A DNA stretch of 64,000 nt, from positions 25,234,001 to 25,298,000 of the forward strand of contig NC_043000.1 of the NCBI RefSeq assembly GCF_006345805.1. The letters are read 5' to 3'. This stretch comes from Octopus sinensis (Eukaryota). This document shows, piece by piece, positions 37,752 through 51,834 of the stretch. Position numbers and translations under genes: made by a program. How positions within the stretch are numbered: the first letter of the stretch is position 1; every line of letters begins with the position of its first letter. The notes under the pieces were generated by a model that saw nothing but the letters and a program-made list of their open reading frames with translations, had not been told where the DNA came from and searched no databases.

Positions 37752-39043
37752 CGAGGTGTATTAATTAAAGATTTCCTCTGACCCACTTCCCAAAGACTGG
37801 GATAAACGAAACTTGGCATAATTATTAGTCCTTCTCTACATAGCCGCCAACATTGGTGACACACATCTCCCATCGCTTTATGCAGCTGTGAAGACCTCGT
37901 CTGTAGAAGTCGGTAGGTTGCGTCTGGAGCCAAGACTTTATCTCGGAAATAAGTTCGTCATCATCTGAAAAGTGCTTCCCCTTCAAAATCGACTTCATGT
38001 TTGGAAAGAGATGAAAGTCAGGTGGTTCGAGACCGGGAAAGTAAGCTGGATGGGGAAAGATTTCATAACTGCAGGGTTGTGCTTTCATATGGACAACATG
38101 CGCATTGTGATCTGGGGGTATTGTCTTGGAGGAAGCGGATTCCTTTGGTCAGCATGCCGTGCCTCTCTGCTTTGATGGATTCCCGCAATTTCTGCAGCAG
38201 AGAAGCATAATATGCTCCGTTGGTTGTGGTGCCTTTTGCCAGAAAATCAATTATCACTACTCTGTGCTGGTCTCAAAAGGCTGTGGGCATCACCTTGTCT
38301 GCTGAGGGTTGGACACGAGCCTTCTTTGGAGGTGGTGAGTTATCGTGCTACCATTGCTTCGACTGAACTTTAATCTCAGGATCTTAGTGATGGACTCATG
38401 CTTCATCCTGTGTGATAAGTCTGCTGAAAAAGCCCTCACCGTTTTCTTGGCACATTGCCAAAAGAGCCTGGGAGCAATTGACTCGTTTCTGCTTCTGAAA
38501 AAGTGTGAGCATCCGAGGAATCCATCGTGCAGGCAATTTCCGCATGTGCAAATGGTCGTCAATTTTTTCCATGGATCCTACACTTATCTTCACTTCTTGG
38601 GCAAGTTGCCGAATAGTTATGCGGCGATCCTCCAAAATGGTGGCTCCACTTCATGGATGGTGTCGTCATCAATGGTGGAATGTGCTCGTCCAGGAATAGA
38701 AGCTGTTTCCACCAATGTCCCACCACATTGGAACTGGCGATGCCAGTGCTTGACTACATCGTAGGATAGTGCATCGTCACCATAAACTTCTTCCATCTCA
38801 TCGAAAGTTTCTTTTGATGTGCGACCTTTCAAGTGCAGGAACCTGATCACTGATCTGAAATCAATTGCCTTCATTATAACAGCTTAGTCCACTTCAACAT
38901 CCGTAAAAGATAAACGAATACTAGTGGAAAGCTGCAATTTACAATGTGACATGTAGATACATGTATAAGTATGCCTGTACAAGTTCCATTCCTTGTAATA
39001 ACCTGAAGTGGGTCAGGGGAAAATCTTTAATGAACATCTCTCG
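37752..39043 (-). mobile_element. Mariner transposon (irritans-like), frameshifted
   Basis: Imperfect TIRs ATTAAAGATTTCCTCTGACCCACTTC / GAAGTGGGTCAGGGGAAAATCTTTAAT; fragments with HTH, WIPRML, TQDE, QDN and PDFHLFP motifs (ORFs 38617-38874, 38396-38635, 38063-38257, 37825-38088). Confidence 0.93.
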
Positions 39044-39493
39044 CATTCGGAGAGGTACGTCAAGTGCTTTGATATGGAGACAGTTTGTCTTTGCTCATTG
39101 CCTTTGCTCTGTGGTCACGAACTGGTAGATTTTCTTTGAGGTCATTAATTCATGATTTGCTATACTATCCATTGCCCAAAAAAAACCAACGCTGAAAGTA
39201 GGAAGGAACAGAATGTGAATTACAACAAAATACCAAGTTAACTGACCAACTATGAGCACTAGACGATGACAAGTAGAACGGCTGACCTATATAAATGAAA
39301 AACATTATATTTATAACCCTGAAGCCCACAACTTTGTCTCAAACCAGTTCCCGTGGATTCATATTGGTGACCAGATCATAATTGGTGCGACGAAAATGTT
39401 AGCACTAATTAATAACTGTTCAAATGAAGTTTAAGTGTTTTGCATGTTCTTGAATGGCTAATATGTCTTTCATGCTGTAATTGTATTAATATA

Positions 39494-39999
39494 TCTATAT
39501 ATATAAAACTCTAGTTGTGTGAGTGTCTGTCCCCTTCGATTTAGATTCCTAACGCCTCCCACATTTTGCGGTGCAGTTTAACCAAATTCGGGTATCTTAT
39601 AGTCGTGATTCATATCGAGCCCGTCTGACTATTAGCGCGCGTCAACGATGAGTCTACGATTTTAAAAATAATTTAACATCATTTTTTATTCCATTTTAAT
39701 GCATAAAATGCATCGTGTGTCGATGGCGGTGGAGTTGGCGTCCACGCTCACAGCTGCACCTGTTTGCTTCTCCCCCTTCCCTCCCTCGTGAAGCTGTGGG
39801 GAAGGGAGTGTAAAGAAATCAACGTTGTAATGCGTTGTGAAGGAGACCAGCGTTCTTTTAGAACAACGACTTCATGGCTTGAAGACACCAAAACAAAAAT
39901 GGCTAAGAAAGCCCGAATTTATAAGGGAAGTAACTCTCTAAAAATGCTTATATAGTTATTTCCCTTACAAACCCGAGCAACGCCGGGCGATACTGCTAG
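39494..39999 (+). mobile_element. Non-autonomous Helitron
   Basis: 5' TCTATATATATAAAA after A; 3' hairpin CCCGAGCAACGCCGGG then CTAG before T. Confidence 0.88.
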
Positions 40000-40484
40000 T
40001 TGTTTATATGATTGTTAATCTGTGTTGGTTCAAACGGATCAGTTATACGAACAAGTTTACATTTTATAATCCATTTCACCTATTCGTTAAGGTGTGTTTT
40101 AAGGCGAAGTCTAATACTTAATGTTTAACGTTCCACGGACATTTTATATTTTGCATAGAACTTTCTAGTGTGGTAACTCCAAACTGTGCTGTGCTTATAA
40201 TCACTGTTTGCATAAAGGAGACAAACTTTTAGTCGAGATTACTTGGTCCATTTACTGGTTATTTTTACATCTTAAATTGACAATGATCGGCAAATGCTTT
40301 GCTGTGATTAAATTTAAAGTGATTCACAACTTGAGATTTTTTTTCTTAGGATTATAGCAATTTTACAAAAGTGTTTGAATGTAGATACTTAGTTACCGTG
40401 TAACTCATAGAGTGTATGACTGATATAGTGTTTATTTATTCGTTTCTGTAAATATGTCACAGTATATATATACATATATATATA

Positions 40485-41047
40485 TAAACAAGTCAAATTG
40501 CGATAAAATAAATTAATTATTATCGCTGGTATTTCTAGCACAAGCCATATATTTTTCATATATCAGTACATTAAGGCGAAATATGTGCTTGAAACACAGA
40601 AGCTAGATAAATTTAGTGAAATGAAGATAAAAACATTTACTAACTCGGTTCCTCTTAGACTGCAGTGTCGTTCTTTTCAGCAATAAAGATAATTTATTTG
40701 CTCAGGGAGAATTCATCGGTAAGAGCCCTGTTGTTCTGAGATCCTGACTCACTAGAAGCATGTGCTTCTAATGATTTGCTCTCTCTAACTAATCAGATCA
40801 CTGCGCAGACTCAGAACGTCCCGACAAAACTAGGGATTTCTGGTATATTGTCTAACGCTCAAAAATTTATCGAGAAATATGTAAACAAGTCAAATTGCGA
40901 TAAAATAAATTAATTATTATCGCTGGTATTTCTAGCACAAGCCATATATTTTTCATATATCAGTACATTAAGGCGAAATATGTGCTTGAAACACAGAAGC
41001 TAGATAAATTTAGTGAAATGAAGATAAAAACATTTACTAACTCGGTT

Positions 41048-41049
<2 letters not shown>
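40485..41049. repeat. Element with identical 168-bp direct repeats (40485-40652, 40882-41049), period 397 bp, flanked by (TA)n
   Basis: Direct comparison of the two copies. Confidence 0.9.
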
Positions 41050-41143
<94 letters not shown>

Positions 41144-41180
41144 CATATACATATACATATATATACATATACATATACAT

Positions 41181-41251
<71 letters not shown>

Positions 41252-41256
41252 TAGAT

Positions 41257-41288
<32 letters not shown>

Positions 41289-41311
41289 TTGTGCGTATGT
41301 ATGTATATAAA

Positions 41312-41708
41312 GGGCGGAGGAACTCTTGAGAGTCAACGGCCATCCAATAAATGCCTTAAGGTTGTATCATGCGCGGGGACATAGAAATAATCGGACTGAA
41401 TACCCGATCACGCGGTTAAACCATTGGGAGTGAAGGACTCCTAGCCTTTGTTAGGGCATCCTTCTAGGAGAAGGTAACTGAGGTAACTGGGATAACTCCG
41501 ACATAAAACCTGCGACTCAGTGGTTACCGATAATGTTGACTTGTTCTTCTTTTCGGATTATGGCTGATGTCGCTTAGTGAGTGGGATTGACTCAATGCAC
41601 AGCCTTTCCTCACTTTAAAAAAAATCTTCTTGTACAGGCATTGCACGATAACAACATTGATTAAGCTTCGTGCAATGGCCATACTCGATAACGAGGGGGC
41701 AGCCACCA
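41312..41708 (+). mobile_element. Probable non-autonomous RTE-related element between microsatellites
   Basis: AGGGCATCCTTCTAGGAGAAGGTAACT resembles the RTE 5'-UTR motif GGCAACC..TCTAGGAGAAGGAAAACT; no ORF. Inference. Confidence 0.45.
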
Positions 41709-41722
41709 TATATGTATGTATG

Positions 41723-41754
<32 letters not shown>

Positions 41755-42105
41755 TGTATGTATGTATGTATGTATGTATGTATATATGTATGTATGTATA
41801 TATGTATGTATGCATGTATGTATGTATGCATGTATGTATGTAGGCATGTATGTATGTATGCATGTATGTATGTATGTATGTATATATGTATGTATGTATA
41901 TATGTATGTATGTATGTATGTATGTTTGTATGTATGTATGTATGTATGTATGCATGCATGTATGTATGCATGCATGCATGCATGTATGTATGTATGTATG
42001 TATGCATGTATGTATGTATGTATGTGTGCATGTATGCATGTATGTATGTATGTATGTATGCATGTGTGCATATATGTATGTCCGTCTGTATGCATGTGTG
42101 CATGT
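41709..42105. repeat. (TATG/CATG)n microsatellite
   Basis: Directly visible. Confidence 0.95.
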
Positions 42106-42347
42106 TTAATGTGTTGGTTAAAGCATCAAAGTCCTTTCATCGCTATTTGTGACATTTTCGATGACATAATCCTATTCTTTCTTGTAATTCAACCAGACTG
42201 TAGCCATATTCCTTCGATGTTGTCGTATCTCTGAAACTACTCAAAAGATCCTCAAACTCCTTTGTTTCCAAGAATTTGTTCTCCCTGATGATGTTATTAC
42301 TATCATAGTGATCCTAAGATAGTAATGATATTATCACAGATTATATA

Positions 42348-43615
42348 CGAGGGGCGTTCAATAAGTAATGCCCCTGACCCACTTCCCATAGCAGTAGAAC
42401 AACGACACTTGGCACAGTTATTAGTCTTTTCCTACATAGGAACTACCCAGAGTTATGCATTTCTCCCATCGTTTGATACAGCTCTGGAGACCATTTTTGT
42501 AGAAGACCCCAGCTTGGTCCTCCAACCACGACGTGACTTCAGAAATCAAGGCTGCATAATCTGGGAAACGCTTTCCTTTCAAAATCAACTTCATGGCTGG
42601 GAAGAGGTGAAAATCAGAGGGTGCAAGGGGAGGAGTTCATGGCTGCACGCCTGTGCTTCTGATCTGGCGACACGCGAGTTGTGGACCGGAGCGTTGTCCT
42701 GCAGGAGGAGGATGCCTTTGCTGATCTTGCCCCGCCTCTTGATTTTGATAGCTTCTCTTAATTTCCTCAAAAGTGAAGCATAATAGGCTCCTGTAATTGT
42801 GGTACCTTTGCCAGGAAATCTGTCATCACTACTCCGTCCTGGTCCCAGAAGACTGTGAGCATAACCTTGTCAGCGGAGGGCTGCACCCTTGCCTTCTTTG
42901 GAGGAGGTGAGTCACGGTGCTTTCACTGCATTGACTGGGCTTTGGTCTATGGATCATAGTGATGGACCCAGGTTTTATCCTGTGTGATCAGTCTTTTGAA
43001 AAATTTTGACTCATCTTCTTGGCACATCTCCAATTCATCCTCGAGCACTCAACGCGTTCTTGCTTCTGGAAAGGTGTGAACAACCTGGAAATCCATCTGG
43101 CAGACACCTTTTGCATATGCAAATGGTCATGAATGATAGTTTCCACAGACCCGGTACTAATCTTGACCTTATGGGCTATTTGGCGAATAGTTATGCGTTG
43201 ACCTTCCAAAATGGCAGCCTCAACTTGACGGACAGACGTCTCATCAACGGCAGAAGGGGGCGACCAGATCTGGGAGCTGTTTCCACAGAGTTCCGACTAT
43301 GTTTGAATTCACAATGCCAGCGTTTTACAAGGTCATATGATGGGGCATCATCACCATAAGTTACTTTCATTTCATCAAAAGTCTCCCGTTGTGTGCGTCC
43401 TTTCAAATACAAAAACCAGGTCACTGCTCGACACTCAACAGGCTCCATTTCACACTTGACTCAGTTCAAACACCTGTAAATCAGAAACCACAATTAGTTC
43501 AGAGCTGTAATTTACCACTTAATCTATAGAGATATAAATAAGTTCACATGCAAAATTTCAGCTAGATCAAACAACTGCAAGTGGGTCAGGGGCATTACTT
43601 ATTGAACGCCCCTCG
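42348..43615 (-). mobile_element. Mariner transposon (irritans-like) with perfect 37-bp TIRs and a frameshifted transposase
   Basis: TIR CGAGGGGCGTTCAATAAGTAATGCCCCTGACCCACTT at both ends, TA TSD; MEPVECRAV..FL...SARWISRL...QDNAPVH fragments. Confidence 0.95.
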
Positions 43616-43855
43616 TACCTTCCATATACTAAATTCTGGCACACAGTTTGCCAGTGGACTTACGCCTTGTGTGTGGCTTTTTTTTTTTTTTGCATCAACC
43701 ACGTTTCCATACAGCCTGCCGACTTGGTATATTTATATACCAATTGAGAAATTACAGTTCTTTTCTACCAATATCCGACAATCATGCCTCTTCCTAGAGC
43801 TTTTCTCTCCCGGAGTTTTTCTATAACAGCCTCAACGATATTAACATTGATCTAA

Positions 43856-44254
43856 GGCGGTGAGCTGGCAGAATCGTAAGCACGCCGGGCGAAATGAGTA
43901 GCCGTATTTCGTCTGCCCTTACGTTCTGAGTTCAAATTCCGCAGAGGTCGACTTTCCTTTCATCCTTTCGAGGTCGATAAATTAAGTACCAGTTACTCAC
44001 TGGGGTCTATGTAATCGACTTAATCGCTTTATCTGTCCTTGTTTGTTCCCTCTATGTTTAGCCCCTTGTGGGCAATAAAGAAATAAGAAACGTTGGCACG
44101 CCGGGCGAAATGCTTAGCGGTATTTCGTCTGTCTTTATGTTCTGAGTTTCATCCTTTCGGGGTCGATAAATTAAATACCAGTTGCGTACTGAGGTCAATC
44201 AATTGTCTGGCCCCCTCCCCCAAAATTTCGGGCCTTGTGCCTAGAGTAAAAATG
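43856..44254 (+). mobile_element. SINE family A dimer ending in tail-2
   Basis: Junction AAAGAAATA-AGAAACGTT; flanking repeat GATATTAACAT (43837-43847, 44255-44265). Confidence 0.9.
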
Positions 44255-44940
44255 GATATTAACATCTGTAAGCTGTTGGTGTAATGCAAGCACAATGCTA
44301 CTTTCGGACTTTTTCTAGTCCCATTACATCCTAATCAGACTCCATTTTCTCACTTCACATTTTTCTCCAGAAGAAATCCGTCTGTATCTTCTAGAGAAGA
44401 AAATTCTGTGAGCTTTCTTTTACTTTTTTCTTTTTCTTTTTTTCTACTGTCTCCCTAATATCTGGAGATTGGTTACGACTGAATTCCTTGTTAAATATTT
44501 TTCATTCTCTTACTCTCTTCTTTCTGATGGCAGAATTTCTTTCTTATACCTTTGAACTCTTGTTTAAGAGCCATTAATTTATACTCAAGTATTTTCCTTT
44601 TACTATCTTAGCTAAACACAGTTTCTACTTTTTTATTTTCCCCTTTTTGCTGATGAAGAGTGCTTTTGAATTTGTTTACATGCGATAAGTATTTCCACGT
44701 AGCAGTCTTCAGTAGGTCAACGATCTTTTATCAATTTTTTTAACAGTATTTTTTCATGATACTTTCTTTTTTTATTGTTCAGCATTTACTTCTTTAGTAT
44801 CTTCAGAAGTTTTTGAGAGATATTATAAATAGGCGTATATTTTCTAGAATAACACGGCTTTATTCTGTTGTAAAAATGCATCTACAGTGTTGCTAATCAC
44901 TGTTAACATCTCAGCATCAAGTCAATGAGTCTCTTATTAA

Positions 44941-45177
44941 TACCTATTTCTTTACTGCCCACAAGGGGCTAAACACAGAGGGGACAAACAAGGACAGACA
45001 AACGGATTAAGTCGATTACATCGACCCCAGTGCGTAACTGGTACTTATTTAATCGACCCCGAAAGGATGAAAGGCAAAGTCGACCTCGGCGGAATTTGAA
45101 CTCAGAACGTAGCGGCAGACGAAATACCGCCAAGTATTTCGCCTGGCATGCTAACGATTCTGCCAGCTCGCCGCCTT
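44941..45177 (-). mobile_element. SINE family A monomer
   Basis: 16-bp TSD ATGAGTCTCTTATTAA (44925-44940, 45178-45193). Confidence 0.92.
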
Positions 45178-45907
45178 ATGAGTCTCTTATTAACTATGGT
45201 TTGTCCTGCAACAGAATTTGAAAATAAATAAATCTTTTCTTGAAACATATTCAAAATATATTCGATAGTTAATATTTTTCTTCGTACTTCCATTACGGAT
45301 CGTGGTAGCTGCTGAAGTCTCTGACATCATGTTCTGGTTGGCCAACCCTGTTACGAGGTAACATTATCAGAATCTAGTAAGTTATGATGCAGACCACCAT
45401 CGTTGTTGTAAGCATAGGAGAAGTCACTAAGCCACCGAAAATGTCGCGAACAGCGACAAAAGACTAACAAACAATTAACTGATTGTTTAATCAGCGCATA
45501 AAAAAAGAAAACGATCGATTAGTTCACTGGTTAGATGTTTAACCAATTGACTAACAATAAAGAAGTGGAATTGAACCTGTGTGTGTGTTCTTATAACTCT
45601 CCTAAGCCACAACAAAATTTGTTTCAACACAGGAATTCACATCAAGAATCTTGCAAACCAAATACGAAAGAGAATTAAATAATTTCTTTGAGAATAATAT
45701 TACAATCATCCATCTACTTCTCGTGTCCGAACAATTTTGCCTGTTGGTATAATTCTTTTGCTGACTAAAAAGAAAAAAAAATCTAGCTTCAATAGAAGTT
45801 CGTCCCAATATATTTTCTTCCATTCAACCAGCAGAGGAATCACATTCGTCATTTTATATCAAACAAACAAGTCATTATTTAGTTTGCAACTACAAAACAA
45901 AACACAT

Positions 45908-47200
<1,293 letters not shown>

Positions 47201-47507
47201 AAAATAACCTACTTCATGGTTTCAATTTCTTCTGTAAACTAGAACCATTGAGATTTTGTTTACCTTTGTATTTATTTATTTATTTATTCATTTTGTTTAT
47301 TTATTGATTTCTTTATTTACTCATTTATTTATTAGCTTCTGGTGTAACGCAAAATCATTGCATCATTGCTTCATTCAAATTTTTTATTTAAGCACACTGT
47401 ATCCTGGTTCAAACTCCTTATTCTTACCCCACATTTTTCTCCAGAATTCCCTGTATTCTCGAAGCCTCTGTGACTTTTGTCGTCTGTTTCTTTTTATCAG
47501 GCAGTAA

Positions 47508-47760
47508 AGGCACGCGGAGCTTAGTGGTCAGGAGTGTTGCACTCGTGATTACAAGTTCGTGGTCTGGATTCCCTGACCTGGTGATAAGTTATTCTTCTGA
47601 GAAAAATACTTCATTTCACGCTGCTCCACTCGGCTGTTAATGAGTCACTCTGCGTTGGACTCGCGTCTCATTCTGAGAGTAAGAGCAATGTTGTAATCTA
47701 ATTTACTTATACTCCATGGAAACAAAGTAACCGACTTCATGAGTTCTAGGACTTATGACA
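47508..47760 (+). mobile_element. Diverged family C SINE
   Basis: GGCACGCGGAGCTTAGTGGTCAGG head; ACTTCATTTCACGCTGCTCCA body. Confidence 0.65.
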
Positions 47761-48094
47761 GTAAAGGACAGGCGCTACCATTACCATATTTTTTAACCTT
47801 ACATATTGATTGGTTTCGATTAAAGTTCTTCTTAAATAATTTTTAGTCAGTTATTTTCTTCTAGAGTCGGATTCCCCTCTGGCAGCAGATGTTGGATCCA
47901 GTATATTTCCATTCTATTCAGTCAACATAAAGGGTTCTTTGTCATTTCATGTCATTGAAATAAATCATTCCATTTTCGAAATTAGTTTGCAAGATTTTTT
48001 ATGAGAACTCGAAGGTTAATCAAACAATCGATAATTTTCATTAACCACAGCTTATACACGTAAGGGTTTCGGAAAGATATCTCCCGTGGATTTC

Positions 48095-48324
48095 CACTTG
48101 TTCTGGACCGCGACGTTTCATCAGGTGGAAGATTCAGTGAAGGAGTTCTTCGCCTCCAAAGACAAGAACCGTTATCAGCGTTGGGTCAAAGAACTGGCGG
48201 AAAGATGGCCGCGGACGGTGCAACACGATGGCCTCTACTTTGAATGCCGGGATACTTTTGTTGTGAATTGACGAATAAAACAAATAAGTCACCAAAATAT
48301 TGCAAAACTTGACTCAACACAATA
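48095..48324 (+). mobile_element. Mariner 3' fragment
   Basis: QVEDSVKEFFASKDKNRYQRWVKELAERW..TVQHDGLYFE is a typical mariner C-terminus. Confidence 0.8.
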
Positions 48325-49306
48325 ATTGGTTAAACAGCAAATCAATTGACAAATAGTTAACAAAGAAGTGAAACATACCGAGTTCGTGTATTTATTATTG
48401 GTATAATGACCCTCCCGAGATACAACAAAAAAAGTAATCATTGAGTTTACAGCTCAAAAAAAATGTCTTCTTGATAGTTTCAGTTTCTTTTGTAACGACA
48501 ATCAACGAGATTTTGTGTAACTTTTATCTGTGTTGTTTTTCGCCGGATTTTGTTTTCTCCGGTATTGTCGATGTAGTCGTCTACAGCCATGTTGATTGTT
48601 GCAAATCTCTTGCATGGTGACTTGAGGTTTGAGACTGCTGCGATACAACTACCATCTTGAATGAAAGATTTCATGAATGCCATCAAAAGAATAACCAGTT
48701 ATTTCACAAGTCTGCGAGTTGTGGCATTGACGGTGGAGATAGTATTCATGCTAAAATCAATGAAGAGTCTCTCGCGCCAAACATGCGGCTGTTTGTGTGT
48801 TTGTGAGTGTGTGTCTGAGAGAGAATGAGAAAGAGAGTGGGAGAGAGAGAGAAAGAGAGAGAGATAGAGAGAAAGAGAGCGAGCGAGAGTGTGTGTGTGA
48901 GTGTGTGTGTCTGAGAGAGAGAGAGAAAGAGAGTGGGAGAGAGTGTATATGTGTGAGAGAGAGAGTGTGTGAGCGAGAGTGTGTGTGTGCGTGTGTGCGT
49001 GCGTGCGTCCGTGCGTGCATGTGTGTGCATGTGTTTGTGGGTTTATGTGTGTGTTCCCGTGTGTGCGTATGTGAGAGTGCGCGAGCGGGTGTGTATGTAT
49101 ATACATAAATATGTGCATATATATATATATATGTATGTATGTACATGAAGACACACTTACTCACGCACACACAAGCACGCATACAAATATATGTATGTGT
49201 GCGTGTGTATACAGCTATGCATATATGTATATAAATATGTATACATTTATATGCGCGTGTGTGCATACATTCATCTATGTATATGTATATGCATATGTAT
49301 ATACAT

Positions 49307-49339
<33 letters not shown>

Positions 49340-49359
49340 TATATATACGTATAGGTATG

Positions 49360-49390
<31 letters not shown>

Positions 49391-50569
49391 ATAACTATGT
49401 ATGTGTGTTTGTGTGTAAATATCAAGGTATAATGTGTGAAGCCAGTGTCAAAGGATGAACGGCAATAAAAGTTGATGGAGTTGATATTTTTCACCAAACC
49501 ATATCGGATCATTTAAATATGTTTTACCCAAAACAGGAAATAAGAAGATAAAATTTAGGAAAAAAAAGAAGAAAAAAAGAAAAAAAAACAACAAAAAGCA
49601 AAAAAGAAAGAAAGAAAGAAAAACCAGAACCAGATGTATTCGTAGATCAATATCTGGCTTTTTGAAAGCCATCACTTGAGTTTGTCCAATGAAGATTCTA
49701 GTAATCAAATTGGCAACAGTAAGCTAACTGGGAAATCTATTTCATTAATCCAGTCTGCGAGCTGGAAACAGGAATATTTTTCGAGAACTGGTACAGCTTT
49801 TGGCACTGAATGTCGACAATCAATAAAACGGTAGAAATTTGCCAATAATGGCGGTATCTTATTGCATCTCTCATTGCATTGAACTGAAGCAGTTCGAGAA
49901 CTTTCGAGTATGGTAGCGTGCCGTATTACGGTATATACAGTGTGATGGGATGGAGTTTAGTCTAAGTATGATGTGATTTAGAGTAATGTACTGCACTATA
50001 TAGTACTATAGGTCATTATAGAGTACTACAGGTTACTATAAGGTACTATAATATAGTTTAGTGTAGGGTGTGAGGGAGTGGCGGATGTGAAAACATTTTC
50101 AAAGTGTTTTCTTTTTTTTGTGAAAAGATGCCTTCCATCATTCTGAAGACTTTGGTGTAAAACATTGAACAAAATACCTGTCAAAACCGAGAAATTCTAA
50201 CTTATGTAGGCCGCCTGATCCGCAACACCGTTCTTCAGAAACTATTCCCTCACCGTCCCCTTCCAAAAATTTTGCCTACAAAGAAATTTGTAATCGTAAT
50301 CTATACCGTTTGAAAGGTATTTGTATAAAATTTCATTAAAAAATACCTCTTTTCCAAAAAGTTATGAGCGGGAAAATGTCGAGTCCTGTGAATTTTCCGG
50401 AACTCATTTTCCCAACCCCTCGGAAAATTTTTTGTAACAAATCTTTACATACACTCAGTGATTATATAAGTGATTATTTGGTGAAAGTTTCGTTAAAAAG
50501 TATCCATATTTCTGGAAGTTATGAGGCAACGAAGTCGGTGGGGTATTAAACTGTAGTTATGCCTTTTTT

Positions 50570-50718
50570 CGATAACAGTTAACGTTAATGGATTAACGTT
50601 AACTTCCGTTATATTTTCGAATAATTAACGGATTAACGTAGTTAACGTAGTTAACTTCTTGGTTAACTGATTAACGATTAGAGAAGTTAACTTTTCGATT
50701 AACGGTGCCCACCTCTGT
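50570..50718 (-). mobile_element. hAT-like transposon end with clustered (G)TTAAC subterminal motifs
   Basis: Terminus reads CAGAGGTGGGCAC on the minus strand, followed by about ten TTAAC motifs. Confidence 0.6.
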
Positions 50719-50827
50719 ATATAAGCACCGAAAGCCATACATACGCAAGTACACGCGCATGGATGCACATATAACATTCACATGTACGCATTGCAGAAAT
50801 AAACTCCACACAATTTTACTCACACAC

Positions 50828-50878
<51 letters not shown>

Positions 50879-51118
50879 CACATGTTGCATTACATAGATG
50901 TAAAACAGAATTGCACAGACGTGCGTAAAGCAATTTTTATTTTTTGTCTTTGAAAAACTAATTATTTTAAAAATCAGAAACCATTATGTTTGAATTAATA
51001 ACACTTGAACCATTCTTAGTAAAGGAAATGATAATCAACTGTAATTAAATTACACTTTTAATGAATTTCACCTCGAAGAAATAGTGATTTTAAAAAAAAT
51101 CGAAAAAATACGCAGAAT

Positions 51119-51555
51119 ATAGGCACAGGAGTGGCTATAGGTGCAGAAGTGGCTTTATAGGCGCAGGAGTGGCTTTGTGGTAAGAAGCTTGCTTCCCAAC
51201 CACATAGTTCTGGGTTCAGTCCCACTGCGTGGCACGTTCAAACTGAAAGAGGTCCGTCTTGTGTGTGTGTGCGTGTGCGCGCGCGCGTGTGTATGTCTGT
51301 GTCTGTGTCTGTGTGTGTGTGTGCGTCTGTGTCTGTGTGTGTGTGTGTGTATTTGTGTATCTGTTTGTCCCCCCACCGCCATCGCTTGACAACCGACGTC
51401 GGTGTGTTTCCGTCCCCGTAACTTAGCAGTTCGGCAAAAGACACCGATAGAATAAGTACTAGGCTTAGAAAGACTACGTCTTGGGGTCGATTTGTTCGAC
51501 TAAACGCGGTGCTCCAGCATGGCCGCAGTCAACTGACTGAAATAAGTGAAAGAGT
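51119..51555 (+). mobile_element. SINE family B with triplicated head and an internal deletion
   Basis: TAGG(C/T)(A/G)CAG(G/A)AGTGGCT three times (51119-51175), then family B body. Confidence 0.85.
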
Positions 51556-51791
51556 GTGGAACACGACAGATCGTCTTTGTGCAATGTCCCCAGTTAAACG
51601 TCATATACACGTCATAGCTACGTCATATCTACCGACATGTTTCGTAGCGGTGGTTTTTTGAAGATAGTTTTTCCTCTTATCTGTTGATCGTAAAAAATAT
51701 TAATTGTTTATGCGTTTCTTTGTAGTTATAATTTTGTAATCAATTCATAAATAATTATGTGAGAGTTCTCTTAGTATACCATTCTAAAATC

Positions 51792-51834
<43 letters not shown>

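Noticed and set aside
41524-42234. Long ORFs rich in YIHT/MYVC, also at 3.5, 15, 26, 33, 35, 49 and 54 kb
   Set aside because: Read-through of TA, CA and TATG microsatellites.
44650-44680. CTGATGA hammerhead-like core
   Set aside because: Followed by GAAT rather than GAAA, with no stem I or III pairing.
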